A DNA stretch of 64,000 bases from an uncultured Candidatus Cloacimonas sp. (GCA_964609575.1 CAZSST010000001.1:1391-65390), one strand, 5' to 3'; positions 1-10,418 are shown, counted from the first letter of the stretch. Numbers and translations are program-made. Notes: generated from the sequence alone by a model not told the origin.

Positions 1-197
1 ATCAGCCCTATTTGCAATAATTACTGATTCAAAGACGTCCAGAAACGTCCAAAACAGCCGATGTCCAAATCCAAGCACAATCCGTCATACCTCCGCACCT
101 TATAAAGCTTTATCCCCATTTGTCCAAGTGAGACTGGCTTGCATCTTTGGGTGAGAGTTTATAATATATTTATACCTCATCCCTCATATCCACCCAC

Positions 198-263
198 ATC
201 CTAGTTCCTTCCTTGAACCATCCCTCATCCTTCCCTCATCGCGATGAAGGAAGGATATAGGTT
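198..263. repeat. Inverted array of degenerate 11-nt units (family A, copy 1) with a 30-bp near-perfect palindromic core
   Basis: atcctagttcc/ttccttgaacc/atccctcatcc/ttccctcatcg|cgatgaaggaa/ggatataggtt; core 227-256 ATCCTTCCCTCATCGCGATGAAGGAAGGAT has one mismatch; same core at 39418 and 54399. Confidence 0.85.
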
Positions 264-296
264 TCTAGATAGTTAGCTGAATTCATAAAGTTCTGC

Positions 297-325
297 TTGA
301 CTTGTGAGTAACTATCAGATAGTTA
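297..325 (+). promoter_or_regulatory. Putative sigma70 promoter with overlapping palindromic operator upstream of the RND operon
   Basis: TTGACT-17 nt-TAGTTA; perfect inverted repeat TAACTATC-A-GATAGTTA (309-325) covers the spacer and -10. Confidence 0.55.
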
Positions 326-362
326 TGTAAATATGCATAAGAAATTGTGAATAAAATGAATA

Positions 363-1523
363 ATGGATAATAACATGAAGAAAAAAATGTGGCTATGGAT
401 ACTCCTGGCGCTATTGGCGGCGCTGTTTGTGTGGCGATTTGTTACCACCCAGAATAGCAAAGAAACTGAGGGCAGAAATGGCCCGCAGGCGGTGGCGGTG
501 GAGCTTGCTCCCGTGGAGATTAAAGACCTTACCGAGATTGCCCAGTTCAGCGGTAACCTCAGCTCCGCGCACAAATACATCCTCGCTCCCAAGATTGCAG
601 GTCAGCTTACCAAGCTGCATGTGAGCCTTGGGCAGAAAGTTAGAAAAGGGCAATTGATTGCCGAACTCGATGATGTGCTTTACGATCTGGAAGCCAAAAA
701 GGCCGCTGCCAACGTGGAACAAGCCCAATACACCATGCAGGAAGCCTATAATACCTGGCAACAACATCGCCAGCTTCTCGAGAAAAAGTTTATCTCGCAG
801 GACGAGTATGACAGAGTGTATACGCTATACAACATCGAAAAAGCAAAGCATCAGGCTGCTTTAAATGCATATAATACAGCCAGCTATCAACTTCAACAAA
901 CAAAGGTGACAGCCGATTGGACAGGCGGTTCAGCATATAGGGTAATCGGAGAAAAGTTCGCTGAAGAGGGGCAATTGGTAAGCGTGGGCACTCCCCTGGT
1001 GTCCGTGCTGGATATCAGTACCCTGGTGGCGGAGATTAATGTAATCGAAAGCGATTATCGCCGCATCAAGCTGGGGCAGATAGCAGTGATTAGTTCCGAT
1101 TCGTGGCCGCATGAAGAATTTACGGGACGTGTGATTCGCATCGCTCCCATGCTTTCGGAAGATTCACGCCAGGCTCGGGTGGAGATAGAGATTCCCAATC
1201 CCTCAGAAAAGCTGAAGCCGGGGATGTATGCACGGATTCAGATAAATTACCAGACCAAAAAGCAGGTTACATCCATTCCCCTGGCCGCGCTTTATAAGCA
1301 TAAGGGCGAGGAAGGAGTTTTTGTGGTAAACCGTGATTCGATGAATGTGAGCTTTGTGCCTGTGGAAAAAGGGATTAGCACCAATGACTTTGTGGAGATC
1401 ATCGATCCACCTTTGCAGGGCGAAGTGGTTATCCTGGGTCAGGATCAGCTTGACGACGGCCGCAAGATAGTTCTACCCGGTGAGGATAAACCCGCAAAAG
1501 GCAAAGCAGGCCGTAAGCAATGA
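363..1523 (+). CDS. RND efflux periplasmic adaptor (MFP) subunit
   Basis: N-terminal TM helix, lipoyl-like GQKVRKGQLIAEL motif, coiled hairpin, LKPGMYA motif; overlaps the RND permease gene. Confidence 0.93.
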   Translation: MDNNMKKKMWLWILLALLAALFVWRFVTTQNSKETEGRNGPQAVAVELAPVEIKDLTEIAQFSGNLSSAHKYILAPKIAGQLTKLHVSLGQKVRKGQLIAELDDVLYDLEAKKAAANVEQAQYTMQEAYNTWQQHRQLLEKKFISQDEYDRVYTLYNIEKAKHQAALNAYNTASYQLQQTKVTADWTGGSAYRVIGEKFAEEGQLVSVGTPLVSVLDISTLVAEINVIESDYRRIKLGQIAVISSDSWPHEEFTGRVIRIAPMLSEDSRQARVEIEIPNPSEKLKPGMYARIQINYQTKKQVTSIPLAALYKHKGEEGVFVVNRDSMNVSFVPVEKGISTNDFVEIIDPPLQGEVVILGQDQLDDGRKIVLPGEDKPAKGKAGRKQ

Positions 1524-4500
1524 AGATCGCCCAGACCGCTGTAAATTCTCCGGTTACTACCATCATGATTGCGCTGATCGTGATCATTTTGGGGGCTATG
1601 GCCTTGATCAGGCTGCCCATCGACGCGATGCCGGACGTAACTTCGCCTACGATAAGCATTTCCACCAGCTATTCCCAGGCCAGTCCGCTGGTGATGGAAG
1701 AACTGATCACCCGCCCCATAGAGCAGGCAGTTAGCGCTGTTTCCGGAGTGGAAGAAATCTCCTCACGGTCTTCCGAAGGCAATAGCAGCGTGCAGGTGTA
1801 TTTCACCTGGGGCACTGATCTCGAAGCTGCATCCAATGATATCCGCGACCGTATCGATCGCATTATCTCGCGTTTGCCAGATGAAGCCAGCCGTCCCTCG
1901 CTGCGCAAATTTGATCTGGCCGCCATGCCCGTGGTAATGATGGGTGTAGTCAGCGAGCTTGATCCCGTAACCCTGCGCACCCTGATCGACAATGAAATCA
2001 GTGCAAGGCTGGAGCGTGTAAACGGCGTGGCCAGCGTAAACATTTGGGGTGGGCTAACCCGTGAAGTGCAAATCAACATCGATCCCGCTAAGATCAATGC
2101 GCTGGGGCTATCTTTGGACAGCGTGATCAGCCGCCTTAAAGCCTCTAATATCAATCAACCCACGGGTAACATCCACCGGGGAAACTATCAGATAACGGTG
2201 CGTGTTCCCGGAGTTTTCGAGAACCTGAATGATTTGTCACAAACGGTTATTGCCACCCGTGGGGGAAGCTCCATATATCTTAAGGACATAGCTGCTGTGG
2301 AAGATGCCTCGTCTGAGGTTACCAGTGTGGTGCGCATCAATGGCAAACCGGGTATTCAAATCTCTGTGAATAAACAATCCGGCACCAATACCGTCCGCGT
2401 TGCCAAGGGCGTTTTGAAGGAAGTGGAAAACATCAATCGCAGTATCACTCAGGTGAAGATCGTTCCTTTGGTGGATCAATCTGTGTATATAAGCCGTTCC
2501 ATCAATAATTTAACAAGTTCGGTGGTAATAGGGGGGCTGCTGGCTATCCTCATTCTGCTGGTGTTTCTGCGCAATATCAAAAGTACGATGGTTATTTCCA
2601 CCGCTATACCTATTTCCATTATGGCCACCTTTGGCCTGCTCTATTTTAATGGCTTCACCCTGAATATGATGACCATTGGTGCGTTGGCTTTGGGGGTGGG
2701 GCAGCTTCTGGATAATTCCATCGTGGTTTTGGAGAATATCTTCCGCCAACGCGAGCTTGGTAAAAGCGCTAAGGATGCGGCGATTATTGGTGCGGACGAG
2801 GTTACCTCCCCGATTATTGCCAGTACGCTTACCACCGTGGTGGTTTTTCTGCCCATGCTTTTTATGCAGGGGATGACAGGGCTGATGTACAAGCAGCTTG
2901 CCTTTGTGGTGGTTTTTGCCTTGATATGTTCATTGGTTACCGCGCTTACTATGGTACCGATGCTCTCCAGTAAGATGCTGCACGTTAGCACCGAACCCAA
3001 GGGCAATCAGCGCAGTTTGAGATGTCGTGCCTTTCACTTTACAGGTCGCTTGTTGCACAGTATGGAAGAGATTTATGCCACAGCGCTGAACTATGCCCTG
3101 CGCCATCGCCCCAAGACCTTGCTCATCACCGGTGGCTTGATGCTTTTTGCCATTTTTATTTCCATGTTCATTGGCTCGGAGCTTATGCCAATGGCCGATG
3201 AGGGGGAAATCCGTGTGAATCTGGATATGGAAGCGGGTACCAGGCTGGAAGTAGTGGATATGCATATGAAGACCCTGGAACACAGGCTGCAAGGGATAGA
3301 GGAGATTGTAAACGTGATCACTCAGGCCGGTAGTGGAGGTTGGGCTTCCGGCTCCAATACAGGCTCGATGCGCATCCGTTTGCTTGGCAGATCACAGCGG
3401 AAGCGCAGTGATGAGGATATTGCCAATGATATTCGTACGCGCCTTAAGTCCATTCCCGGGGCTCGCATTAGAGTGCGCACGGCTTCCAGTAACCAAATGA
3501 GCCGTTTCATGGGTGGGGGAGACCGTCTGGAAATTCAAGTACGCGGTCACGATCTCGATGAATCGTATCGCCTGGCCAACAGTCTTCTAAAATCCATTGA
3601 AGGTGTGGAAGGCATTACCGATGCAAATCTTAGCCGTACTTCCGGTGCTCCTGAAGATCTTATCATCATCGATAGAACCAAGGCCGCTACGCTGGGTTTA
3701 ACAGTGCAACAAATCGCCTCCGTACTGGAAACCGCCCTTTCGGGTTCAAGTGCGGGTGAATTTGTGGATAAGGGCCATGAATATCCTATGTTGCTAAAGA
3801 TTAAAGATGCCGATAAACTCCCCCTGGAACAGCTTCTGAACCTTGGTGTGGTGAATTCGGAGGGACAAACTGTGGTGCTGCGCAATGTGGTGAAAGTTGA
3901 GCATGGACAAAGCTCCACGGTTATCGAAAGGCTGAATCAGGAGCGCATGATCGATATTTCCGCCAATCATAGCGGTCGCAGCCTCAGCGCTGTGGTGAAA
4001 GATATTCAGGCACGTATCGATAAAGTCCCGCTGCCATTGGGTTACAGCATCGAGATAGCCGGTGATTACAAACAGCAGCAAGAGTCATTTCGCGAAATGC
4101 TGATCGGCTTGATATTGGCTATCGTACTTATCTATATGGTTATGGCCAGCCAGTTTGAATCCCTTCGTGATCCCCTGGTAGTGATGTTTTCTGTGCCCGT
4201 GGCTTTCATCGGTGTCAGCTTCATACTTTTTTTAACGCACACTACCTTCAATATCCAAAGCTATCTGGGCATCATCATGCTGGCCGGAATTGTGGTGAAT
4301 AATGCCATTTTGCTGGTGGATACCACCAATAAATTGAGGCGCAACGAGGGTATGGAGCTATATGAAGCGATTAAAATAGCCGGACGGCGGAGATTGCGTC
4401 CCATCCTGATGACGGCTATAACCACCTTGCTGGGTCTGTTACCCCTGGCATTGGGTATGGCTGAAGGCGGAGAAACCCAGGCTCCGCTTGCCAGAGCGGT

Positions 4501-4591
4501 TATAGGCGGACTGCTGGTATCCACGCTGATAACTTTGCTGCTAATTCCCGTGGTGTATAGCTATTTTGAAGGGAAAAGGGATAAGGGATAA
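1520..4591 (+). CDS. RND efflux transporter permease (AcrB/AcrD/AcrF family)
   Basis: 1023 aa, two-fold TM repeat, [24 protein letters not shown] and RLRPILMT motifs. Confidence 0.95.
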   Translation: MKIAQTAVNSPVTTIMIALIVIILGAMALIRLPIDAMPDVTSPTISISTSYSQASPLVMEELITRPIEQAVSAVSGVEEISSRSSEGNSSVQVYFTWGTDLEAASNDIRDRIDRIISRLPDEASRPSLRKFDLAAMPVVMMGVVSELDPVTLRTLIDNEISARLERVNGVASVNIWGGLTREVQINIDPAKINALGLSLDSVISRLKASNINQPTGNIHRGNYQITVRVPGVFENLNDLSQTVIATRGGSSIYLKDIAAVEDASSEVTSVVRINGKPGIQISVNKQSGTNTVRVAKGVLKEVENINRSITQVKIVPLVDQSVYISRSINNLTSSVVIGGLLAILILLVFLRNIKSTMVISTAIPISIMATFGLLYFNGFTLNMMTIGALALGVGQLLDNSIVVLENIFRQRELGKSAKDAAIIGADEVTSPIIASTLTTVVVFLPMLFMQGMTGLMYKQLAFVVVFALICSLVTALTMVPMLSSKMLHVSTEPKGNQRSLRCRAFHFTGRLLHSMEEIYATALNYALRHRPKTLLITGGLMLFAIFISMFIGSELMPMADEGEIRVNLDMEAGTRLEVVDMHMKTLEHRLQGIEEIVNVITQAGSGGWASGSNTGSMRIRLLGRSQRKRSDEDIANDIRTRLKSIPGARIRVRTASSNQMSRFMGGGDRLEIQVRGHDLDESYRLANSLLKSIEGVEGITDANLSRTSGAPEDLIIIDRTKAATLGLTVQQIASVLETALSGSSAGEFVDKGHEYPMLLKIKDADKLPLEQLLNLGVVNSEGQTVVLRNVVKVEHGQSSTVIERLNQERMIDISANHSGRSLSAVVKDIQARIDKVPLPLGYSIEIAGDYKQQQESFREMLIGLILAIVLIYMVMASQFESLRDPLVVMFSVPVAFIGVSFILFLTHTTFNIQSYLGIIMLAGIVVNNAILLVDTTNKLRRNEGMELYEAIKIAGRRRLRPILMTAITTLLGLLPLALGMAEGGETQAPLARAVIGGLLVSTLITLLLIPVVYSYFEGKRDKG

Positions 4592-4622
4592 GTAGCGGTA
4601 GCTTAACCGCTATGATAAAAAA

Positions 4623-4698
4623 TGGAGCGGGCAACGGGACTCGAACCCGCGACCCTCAGCTTGGGAAGCTAATGCTCTACCAACTGAGCTATGCCCGC
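4623..4698 (-). tRNA. tRNA-Gly (anticodon CCC)
   Basis: Reverse complement GCGGGCATAGCTCAGTTGGTAGAGCATTAGCTTCCCAAGCTGAGGGTCGCGGGTTCGAGTCCCGTTGCCCGCTCCA: 76-nt cloverleaf with encoded CCA. Confidence 0.97.
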
Positions 4699-4729
4699 TC
4701 ACAAAGAGTTTTGAGCCAAGTTTTGATAC

Positions 4730-4757
4730 CTAACTTCTAACTTCTAACGCCTAACTT
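4730..4757. repeat. Heptamer tandem repeat (CTAACTT)x4, imperfect
   Basis: ctaactt ctaactt ctaacgc ctaactt, just upstream of the tRNA. Confidence 0.75.
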
Positions 4758-4792
4758 TTTGATCGGGGGTCTTACGTCAAGGAAAAGATCAA

Positions 4793-6082
4793 CTAAAGCT
4801 CTTTGATGTATTTCTGTTTGGCGATAATGTCGTTGAATTTAGCCTCTGCTTCATCCAGGGCTTCTTTCGGGGTAGCGGTGCCACGCATAGCCTGTTCCAG
4901 AAAGCCTTTCAGTTCGGGGCGGGCTTCAAACCACGCAGGAATTTGGGGTTCATAAACGGCGTTTTCCAATTGGTCGTAGATACCCTGGAACTGAGGTGAA
5001 TCCTTCAGGAAATTCACCAAAGCCGGATCTTGCATGGCACTGCGGCGGACGGGCATATAGCAGGTTTTGGCGCTCCATTTGGCAGTTTGAGCAGTGTCCG
5101 TGAACCATTTGATGAACTTCCATGCTCCCATTTCGCGCTTCTTGTCTCCGCTTTTAAAGATCACGATATTAGCTCCGCTTACTGCGCTTTTCTTGGTTTT
5201 ATAGGTAGGCAGCGGAGCATAGCCGATATTGAAATTTATAGGTTGCTGGCGCATGTGGGTGATGGACACACTGGAGCCTTCATACATGGCCACTATGCCT
5301 GCCAGAAAGTCGTTCTGTCCCTCGTATTCACGCACCAGATAAACGCTTTTATCCTTGAAAATCATATCGGTGAGATAGCTAAGCGCTTCCACACCCTGGG
5401 GGCTATTCAATACAGGATTTCCCTGCTCATCAAGGATAGTGCCCCCGGCCTGATGCAATAGATTTACAAATTGCCATTCATTAACGTTGAAATTGGTGCC
5501 ATAGTTTTCGGGCTTGCCATCTTTGTTTATATCCTTGGTCAGCTTGGTGCAATAGCTTCTAAATTCTTCCCACGTAGCAGGGAAATGATTGGGATCGAGG
5601 CCGGCCCTGTAGAAATCATCCTTATTATAGAAATAAGCACGCACGCTTTTATTGAAGGGGAAGGAGTAGATGGTGCCATCAAAGGTATTGGAAGCTAGAA
5701 ACACGGGATAGATGTCGTTCAGGCTTTCTTTTTTAAAATCGGGATCTTGCTGCATTAGTTCGTCGAAGCTGCAAAGCACATCCGCCTCGATGTACTTGGA
5801 AGTCCATGATTCAAAAACCTGGGCAATATCTGGCTGTTGCTTGGCCTGAATGGAAGCCATCAGCTTTTGGGACAAGGCGGTGTAGCTGCTGATGGGATTG
5901 GCGACAACTTCCACATCGTCGTGAGTGCGGTTAAATTCCCTGATCATTTCGTTCAGCGTATCGCCTAAGGGACCGCTGAGTCCATGCCAGAATGTAACCT
6001 TTACCTTATTCGAAGTTAAAGCGCTTTTGCACCCTGCAAAGAGCACTAAAAGCAAGAGAATCAGGATATATAATCTACGCAT
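4793..6082 (-). CDS. ABC transporter solute-binding lipoprotein (CUT1/UgpB-like)
   Basis: Lipobox FAGC, VTFWHG motif, PFNKSVRAYFYNKD, P-x-TWEE and GYAPLP motifs of family-1 solute-binding proteins. Confidence 0.9.
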   Translation of the reverse strand: MRRLYILILLLLVLFAGCKSALTSNKVKVTFWHGLSGPLGDTLNEMIREFNRTHDDVEVVANPISSYTALSQKLMASIQAKQQPDIAQVFESWTSKYIEADVLCSFDELMQQDPDFKKESLNDIYPVFLASNTFDGTIYSFPFNKSVRAYFYNKDDFYRAGLDPNHFPATWEEFRSYCTKLTKDINKDGKPENYGTNFNVNEWQFVNLLHQAGGTILDEQGNPVLNSPQGVEALSYLTDMIFKDKSVYLVREYEGQNDFLAGIVAMYEGSSVSITHMRQQPINFNIGYAPLPTYKTKKSAVSGANIVIFKSGDKKREMGAWKFIKWFTDTAQTAKWSAKTCYMPVRRSAMQDPALVNFLKDSPQFQGIYDQLENAVYEPQIPAWFEARPELKGFLEQAMRGTATPKEALDEAEAKFNDIIAKQKYIKEL

Positions 6083-6175
6083 CGTATCTCCCGTAAACGT
6101 TTAAACGTGGCATATAATCCACTGCCAAACAAAGAAGCTGAAGGGAAGGATGAAGTCAAGGAGATTTATACGCTA

Positions 6176-6658
6176 TCAGCTATTGTCCTGATAATAAAAC
6201 AGCGCTTTTTCGTTATCTGCCCAGCTGTAAGCAACTTCCCCGATGTAAATGGTGTGATCCCCACTGCGTACCTGGCTTATCACTTCGCATTCAAAATTTG
6301 CCAGAGCCTCGCTGAGTATGGGGAGCTTATGCAATCGTCCCGGGAAGAATTTAACGTCGCCCGCGGTAAATTTATCGATATCACGGCCGGAATTGGATCC
6401 GCAAAGAGTTAGCAATGGCTTTAGCTCCGGAGAGGGAAATACCAGGTTAAAATAGCGATTCATCTCCAGGCAATCATGCGAAAAACGATTGTGCCCTATG
6501 GAAATGGCAAACATGGGGGGCTGAATGGAGGTGCGCATAAACCACTCAATAGTGATGAGATTGAAGTTATCATCGGCTTTCTGGGTAACCGCCAGTGCTA
6601 CTTTAGCCGGTAAATGCACATGGCCATAAGCGGCTGGTAAATCACATTGTTTCATCAT
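6176..6658 (-). CDS. Flavin reductase family protein
   Basis: SIQPPMFAISI, CGSNSGRDIDKF, ALANFECEV and GDHTIYIGEV motifs. Confidence 0.9.
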   Translation of the reverse strand: MMKQCDLPAAYGHVHLPAKVALAVTQKADDNFNLITIEWFMRTSIQPPMFAISIGHNRFSHDCLEMNRYFNLVFPSPELKPLLTLCGSNSGRDIDKFTAGDVKFFPGRLHKLPILSEALANFECEVISQVRSGDHTIYIGEVAYSWADNEKALFYYQDNS

Positions 6659-6672
6659 GTTCTCAGTTCCTT

Positions 6673-6750
6673 GAGTCGGAAAGCTGTAAGCCCGAAGTCG
6701 TAAGCCGGTACTTGGGACTTACGACTTCCCGACTTACGACTTTGTGACTT
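6673..6750. repeat. Inverted array of 7/8-nt repeats (AAGTCGT / ACGACTT)
   Basis: Left arm aagctgt aagcccg aagtcgt aagccgg; right arm gggactt acgactt cccgactt acgactt tgtgactt; abuts the stop codon of the C25 gene. Confidence 0.75.
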
Positions 6751-9700
6751 TATTTCATAAGGATCATTTTCTTTTTCAGGCTGCCCTGAGCGGTGGAAAG
6801 GCGGTAATAGTAAACACCGCTGGCAACGGGACGATTATGCTTGTCCACTCCGTTCCAAACCAGGCTGTGCGAACCGGAAGGTAAAAGCTCATCCACCAGC
6901 GTATTCACCAATTGTCCTTTCACATTGAAGATTTCCAGCTTGGCGGGGCCTTGCTGAGGCAGATTGAAGGATAGAGTGGTAGTGGGATTGAAGGGATTTG
7001 GGAAATTGGAATTCAATACCAAACGCTCGGACGCGGGAAGCACGGGATCATCGCTGCCCACTACTCCGGTTAGCCTTACTTCATCGATATACCAGCCTTC
7101 TCCGGCCACAGCACCATCGCTGCCAAAAACCCATCTGAAGCGGGCTGTGCCATTAACGTTTCCCAGGGGGAAGATGGCCTGGGTCCAATCGAAGCTTCCA
7201 GAATACACATAAGTATTTACTGCCAATGGAGCTACGGGATTGTTATAAATCCGATAGGGATAGCCACCCACGGGGGTGATTTGCGTCCAGGGGCCATTAT
7301 TCAAGCTCATTTGCACCATGCCGCCATCCCAGGCATAGGCAGGGTTGCTATGCGTTTCGGCATCCATCCAATGATAGAATTCCAATTGGCAATCGGGACT
7401 TACGATCATTTCGGGGCTAACCATGGCGCCATAACCAAGGCTGGCATAGTTCCCAGTTCCTGTGGCGCCAAATTTCATAGCATAGGTTCCATTCTGAGTG
7501 TAATTGCGTCCCAAATCCCGATGCCATTGATTGGTGAAATCTGTATCCAAATCCATTACTTCAAAACCCTGTAAATCGGGCTCGAATCCATAGCTGGACA
7601 TACCTACATAGATAACGAAGCTGCCTTCCAGAGTGTTGCCATTTTCCGCGCTAAGCACGTAGGTGATGGTGGCAATCCCCGGTGAAGGGGCAAATTCGGA
7701 GATATTGATGGTAATGGCATCGTCGTAATTGATGGTGCTATCAAATCCCACCGGCGGCAGAGATAGTTCATAGGCAGAGAGATTGGCCCAGGTGCAATCT
7801 GAGAATAACAGCATCATGGGCGCATAGGCATTGCCGCTGCCAGAATTATTGATGCTGAAAGAGATGGTGGAATTATCCCCAGGATTGATTGTAAATGTAG
7901 GATTATTAATACTATAGCTAAGCAGCTCCAGCTCCGGGGCATTGAGAATCAGGAAGGAATTGGTAACGGCGCTGTAAGTATCATAACTTGCTGTAAAAAC
8001 AAGTCCGGCGCGGCTGAGATCTTCATAACTACCGGTGATGGCAATTTGAAGTACTCCGCTGAATGCCAGGGAATCACCCGCAGCTAAAGCCGGCAAGGCT
8101 ACACTGGGAGTAAGCACATTGATATTGGGCGAGGTGGAGCTAAGGCTGATGCTGCCGGGAGCGGTGAGATCAAGCATACCTACATTCTTGGCGTAGAAAT
8201 TGATATTAACCGTTTCGCCGGTGTGATAAAGATGATCGGCATCCACATATTCGATGTTATTGCATACCACATAAGGCATTTGCGCAGCTGTAGCAGTGGC
8301 ACTGCCTTCAAAGGCGTAGAAATTTGGAGCAGTAAGGTAATATTGATAATCCCCGGGGATCAGGGCATCCAAAAGCGAGATATTAACCGTTCCGCCAGCA
8401 TCGGCAACGCCCTGATAGATGATCTCCCCGGCATATTTAAGCGTGAAGGCCGCGCCGGGAGCATTGGTGCTAAGCTGATAATTATTCACTCCTACCATTA
8501 GCGCCGGAGCAAGATTGGCCACAATACTTTGTGGCGTATCTGTCCATACCATCATCGCCGGATCACCAAGCAGATTGGTTTCGTAGGTAACCCAATACAT
8601 CACCGAGGAATTGGCGATAAAGGGAATGTTGTCGATTTTGCTATCCACGAGGGTGTAGCCGAGATCAAAGATGTTTTCGCCGAATATGGCATCATTATAC
8701 TGACGGTGAATATACTGCGAAGCGCCGTCTGTACTTCCCTGCATTCCCCAGCCGTAGCGTGAATGGGCAATCATACCCACCGCGGTGGTGGGAACATTGG
8801 TCATCCTTTCGGCAATGCAATCGCTGGTGTAGCTGCCGGGATTGGTTTCACGGTTGTCAAAAGCACCCGAATAGCAGCCCTGGGTGAAGTATATACCAAA
8901 ATTATGATTGGAGCCGTTATTGGTTATGGTGCTGGCACTTACCTGATTGTTGCTGAGGCGCATGGTGTAATTGGTATTGGAGTGGCCAAGATGATTTACG
9001 AAGTTGGGGCCATTGCTCAGCAACGGGCGAATGTCATTGGCATCCCAGCTGTCTGCGGCACCGTAAGTGCGATCGTATAAAGTGGTGATATTCCAGGTGG
9101 TGGGGACGCCAACCGTGGTGTAACCATGGGCGGAGCTTCCTCCGATCATTTCATCCATATAGTCGCCACCCCAGGTGGGGCCATCCCAAAGCCATTCGCC
9201 GGCAAAGAACGCACTTTTTAGCTCAGCTTCAACTGGTACAATCAGATAACTCTGCACTTTATTCAGGAAATTGGCGATTTCTTCGTCGGTATTATAGCAG
9301 TATCTGCCGATGGCAATTTCCGGAGCCAGATCGGCTTCATACATTTCGCCCCAATAGTTGTCGCCATCGTCATTCCAGCTTCCATCCAGGCAACTGTAAT
9401 ACATGTCGGCAGGGATATCCGCATCAGACTCGCCACCCTGGCCCATGTTAACGTAAAAACCGCGATGCGGAATAACGTCGGTATCCGCAGCTAAAAGTAC
9501 ATAGCGCAGGGGATTGGCGGTGTAATATTGAACAATGTAGTTGCGTAATTTGGCTTGGGTATCGGCTCCCGTGCTGGTAGCGGTGATTTCGGCCATGGTT
9601 TTTAGCTCAACAGCTTTGCCACGGCTTTCGTAGAGTGCTTTCAGGGGCAGCCAGTTATTATATTTGGCGGCATCCACCACGATCAGATATTCAAAACCGG

Positions 9701-10328
9701 TTTCACGGTTTCGCCAGGAAGGAATGGCAGCAGCGTTATCCACGGATTGGCTTAGTCGCTTGGCAACAAAACTATCGTTCTTAAGCAGGTTCATGGCTTC
9801 CAGAGACCTTGTCCCCGGCTGATAATCCACGGTAACTCTAATCTGGCGATAATACACCAGTTCATTCTTGGTGGGGTGATATTCAAAGGGACTAACCGCA
9901 GCAAAGGCAATGGGATGTCCATTAAGGAAGTGAGTAACCACACCATTGTCAAGCTCTTGAGGATAGGGCAACGCCGAGTGGTAAATCTCCGCGTTAGGCT
10001 CCACCGCAGGTTCTGTAAGCATGTGTGAGAAAGGATATTGCGGTTGAATGGGAGCAACAGGGCTCTCCAGAGTATAGGACACCGGAGCACTGCGCTCCAC
10101 GCTTATTTTTACAGCTTCATTGCCATCGGGAAGCAACAGCCTTACGCCTTTCCACGGCAAATCGGGCTGGCCGGGAGTTCCATAGCCAGAGGCATCGGGC
10201 AAATTAATCACGGTATATTCGCCGCGGGTTTTGATCTCAGGCGTGCCAAGATCGTAGCTGTAGCTAACTCCTGCACTCAGGAGCGTTGTTATCAGTATTA
10301 AAAGTACCGGTATGAGAGTGCGTTTCAT
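6750..10328 (-). CDS. Secreted C25 family cysteine peptidase (gingipain-like) with propeptide, accessory domains and FlgD/T9SS-like C-terminal domain
   Basis: Signal peptide, GTPGQPDLP propeptide, DMYYSCLDG, PEIAIGR, catalytic-type NHLGHS and QGCYSG, NLLGDP; C-terminus NFPNPFNPTT...IFNVKGQLV...SGVYYYRL...KKMILMK. Confidence 0.9.
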   Translation of the reverse strand: MKRTLIPVLLILITTLLSAGVSYSYDLGTPEIKTRGEYTVINLPDASGYGTPGQPDLPWKGVRLLLPDGNEAVKISVERSAPVSYTLESPVAPIQPQYPFSHMLTEPAVEPNAEIYHSALPYPQELDNGVVTHFLNGHPIAFAAVSPFEYHPTKNELVYYRQIRVTVDYQPGTRSLEAMNLLKNDSFVAKRLSQSVDNAAAIPSWRNRETGFEYLIVVDAAKYNNWLPLKALYESRGKAVELKTMAEITATSTGADTQAKLRNYIVQYYTANPLRYVLLAADTDVIPHRGFYVNMGQGGESDADIPADMYYSCLDGSWNDDGDNYWGEMYEADLAPEIAIGRYCYNTDEEIANFLNKVQSYLIVPVEAELKSAFFAGEWLWDGPTWGGDYMDEMIGGSSAHGYTTVGVPTTWNITTLYDRTYGAADSWDANDIRPLLSNGPNFVNHLGHSNTNYTMRLSNNQVSASTITNNGSNHNFGIYFTQGCYSGAFDNRETNPGSYTSDCIAERMTNVPTTAVGMIAHSRYGWGMQGSTDGASQYIHRQYNDAIFGENIFDLGYTLVDSKIDNIPFIANSSVMYWVTYETNLLGDPAMMVWTDTPQSIVANLAPALMVGVNNYQLSTNAPGAAFTLKYAGEIIYQGVADAGGTVNISLLDALIPGDYQYYLTAPNFYAFEGSATATAAQMPYVVCNNIEYVDADHLYHTGETVNINFYAKNVGMLDLTAPGSISLSSTSPNINVLTPSVALPALAAGDSLAFSGVLQIAITGSYEDLSRAGLVFTASYDTYSAVTNSFLILNAPELELLSYSINNPTFTINPGDNSTISFSINNSGSGNAYAPMMLLFSDCTWANLSAYELSLPPVGFDSTINYDDAITINISEFAPSPGIATITYVLSAENGNTLEGSFVIYVGMSSYGFEPDLQGFEVMDLDTDFTNQWHRDLGRNYTQNGTYAMKFGATGTGNYASLGYGAMVSPEMIVSPDCQLEFYHWMDAETHSNPAYAWDGGMVQMSLNNGPWTQITPVGGYPYRIYNNPVAPLAVNTYVYSGSFDWTQAIFPLGNVNGTARFRWVFGSDGAVAGEGWYIDEVRLTGVVGSDDPVLPASERLVLNSNFPNPFNPTTTLSFNLPQQGPAKLEIFNVKGQLVNTLVDELLPSGSHSLVWNGVDKHNRPVASGVYYYRLSTAQGSLKKKMILMK

Positions 10329-10366
10329 GTGTCCACCCTTATAAGAGATTTATTATTACTACTGCA

Positions 10367-10382
10367 TGCAAAGCTTGTTCCA
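10367..10382 (-). promoter_or_regulatory. Putative sigma54 (-24/-12) promoter of the C25 peptidase
   Basis: Minus strand TGGAAC-AAGCT-TTGCA, exact GG-N10-GC spacing, about 40 nt upstream of the start codon. Confidence 0.65.
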
Positions 10383-10418
10383 ATAATAGGTAAAAATACA
10401 ATGTTCCCAAATAGCTGT

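Noticed and set aside
4593..4612. Hairpin TAGCGGT-N6-ACCGCTA between the RND gene and the tRNA as an intrinsic terminator
   Set aside because: No U-tract directly after the stem on either strand
363..4698. RND operon as a genomic island integrated at tRNA-Gly
   Set aside because: No integrase and no duplicated tRNA 3' end in the window; the other boundary, if any, would lie outside it
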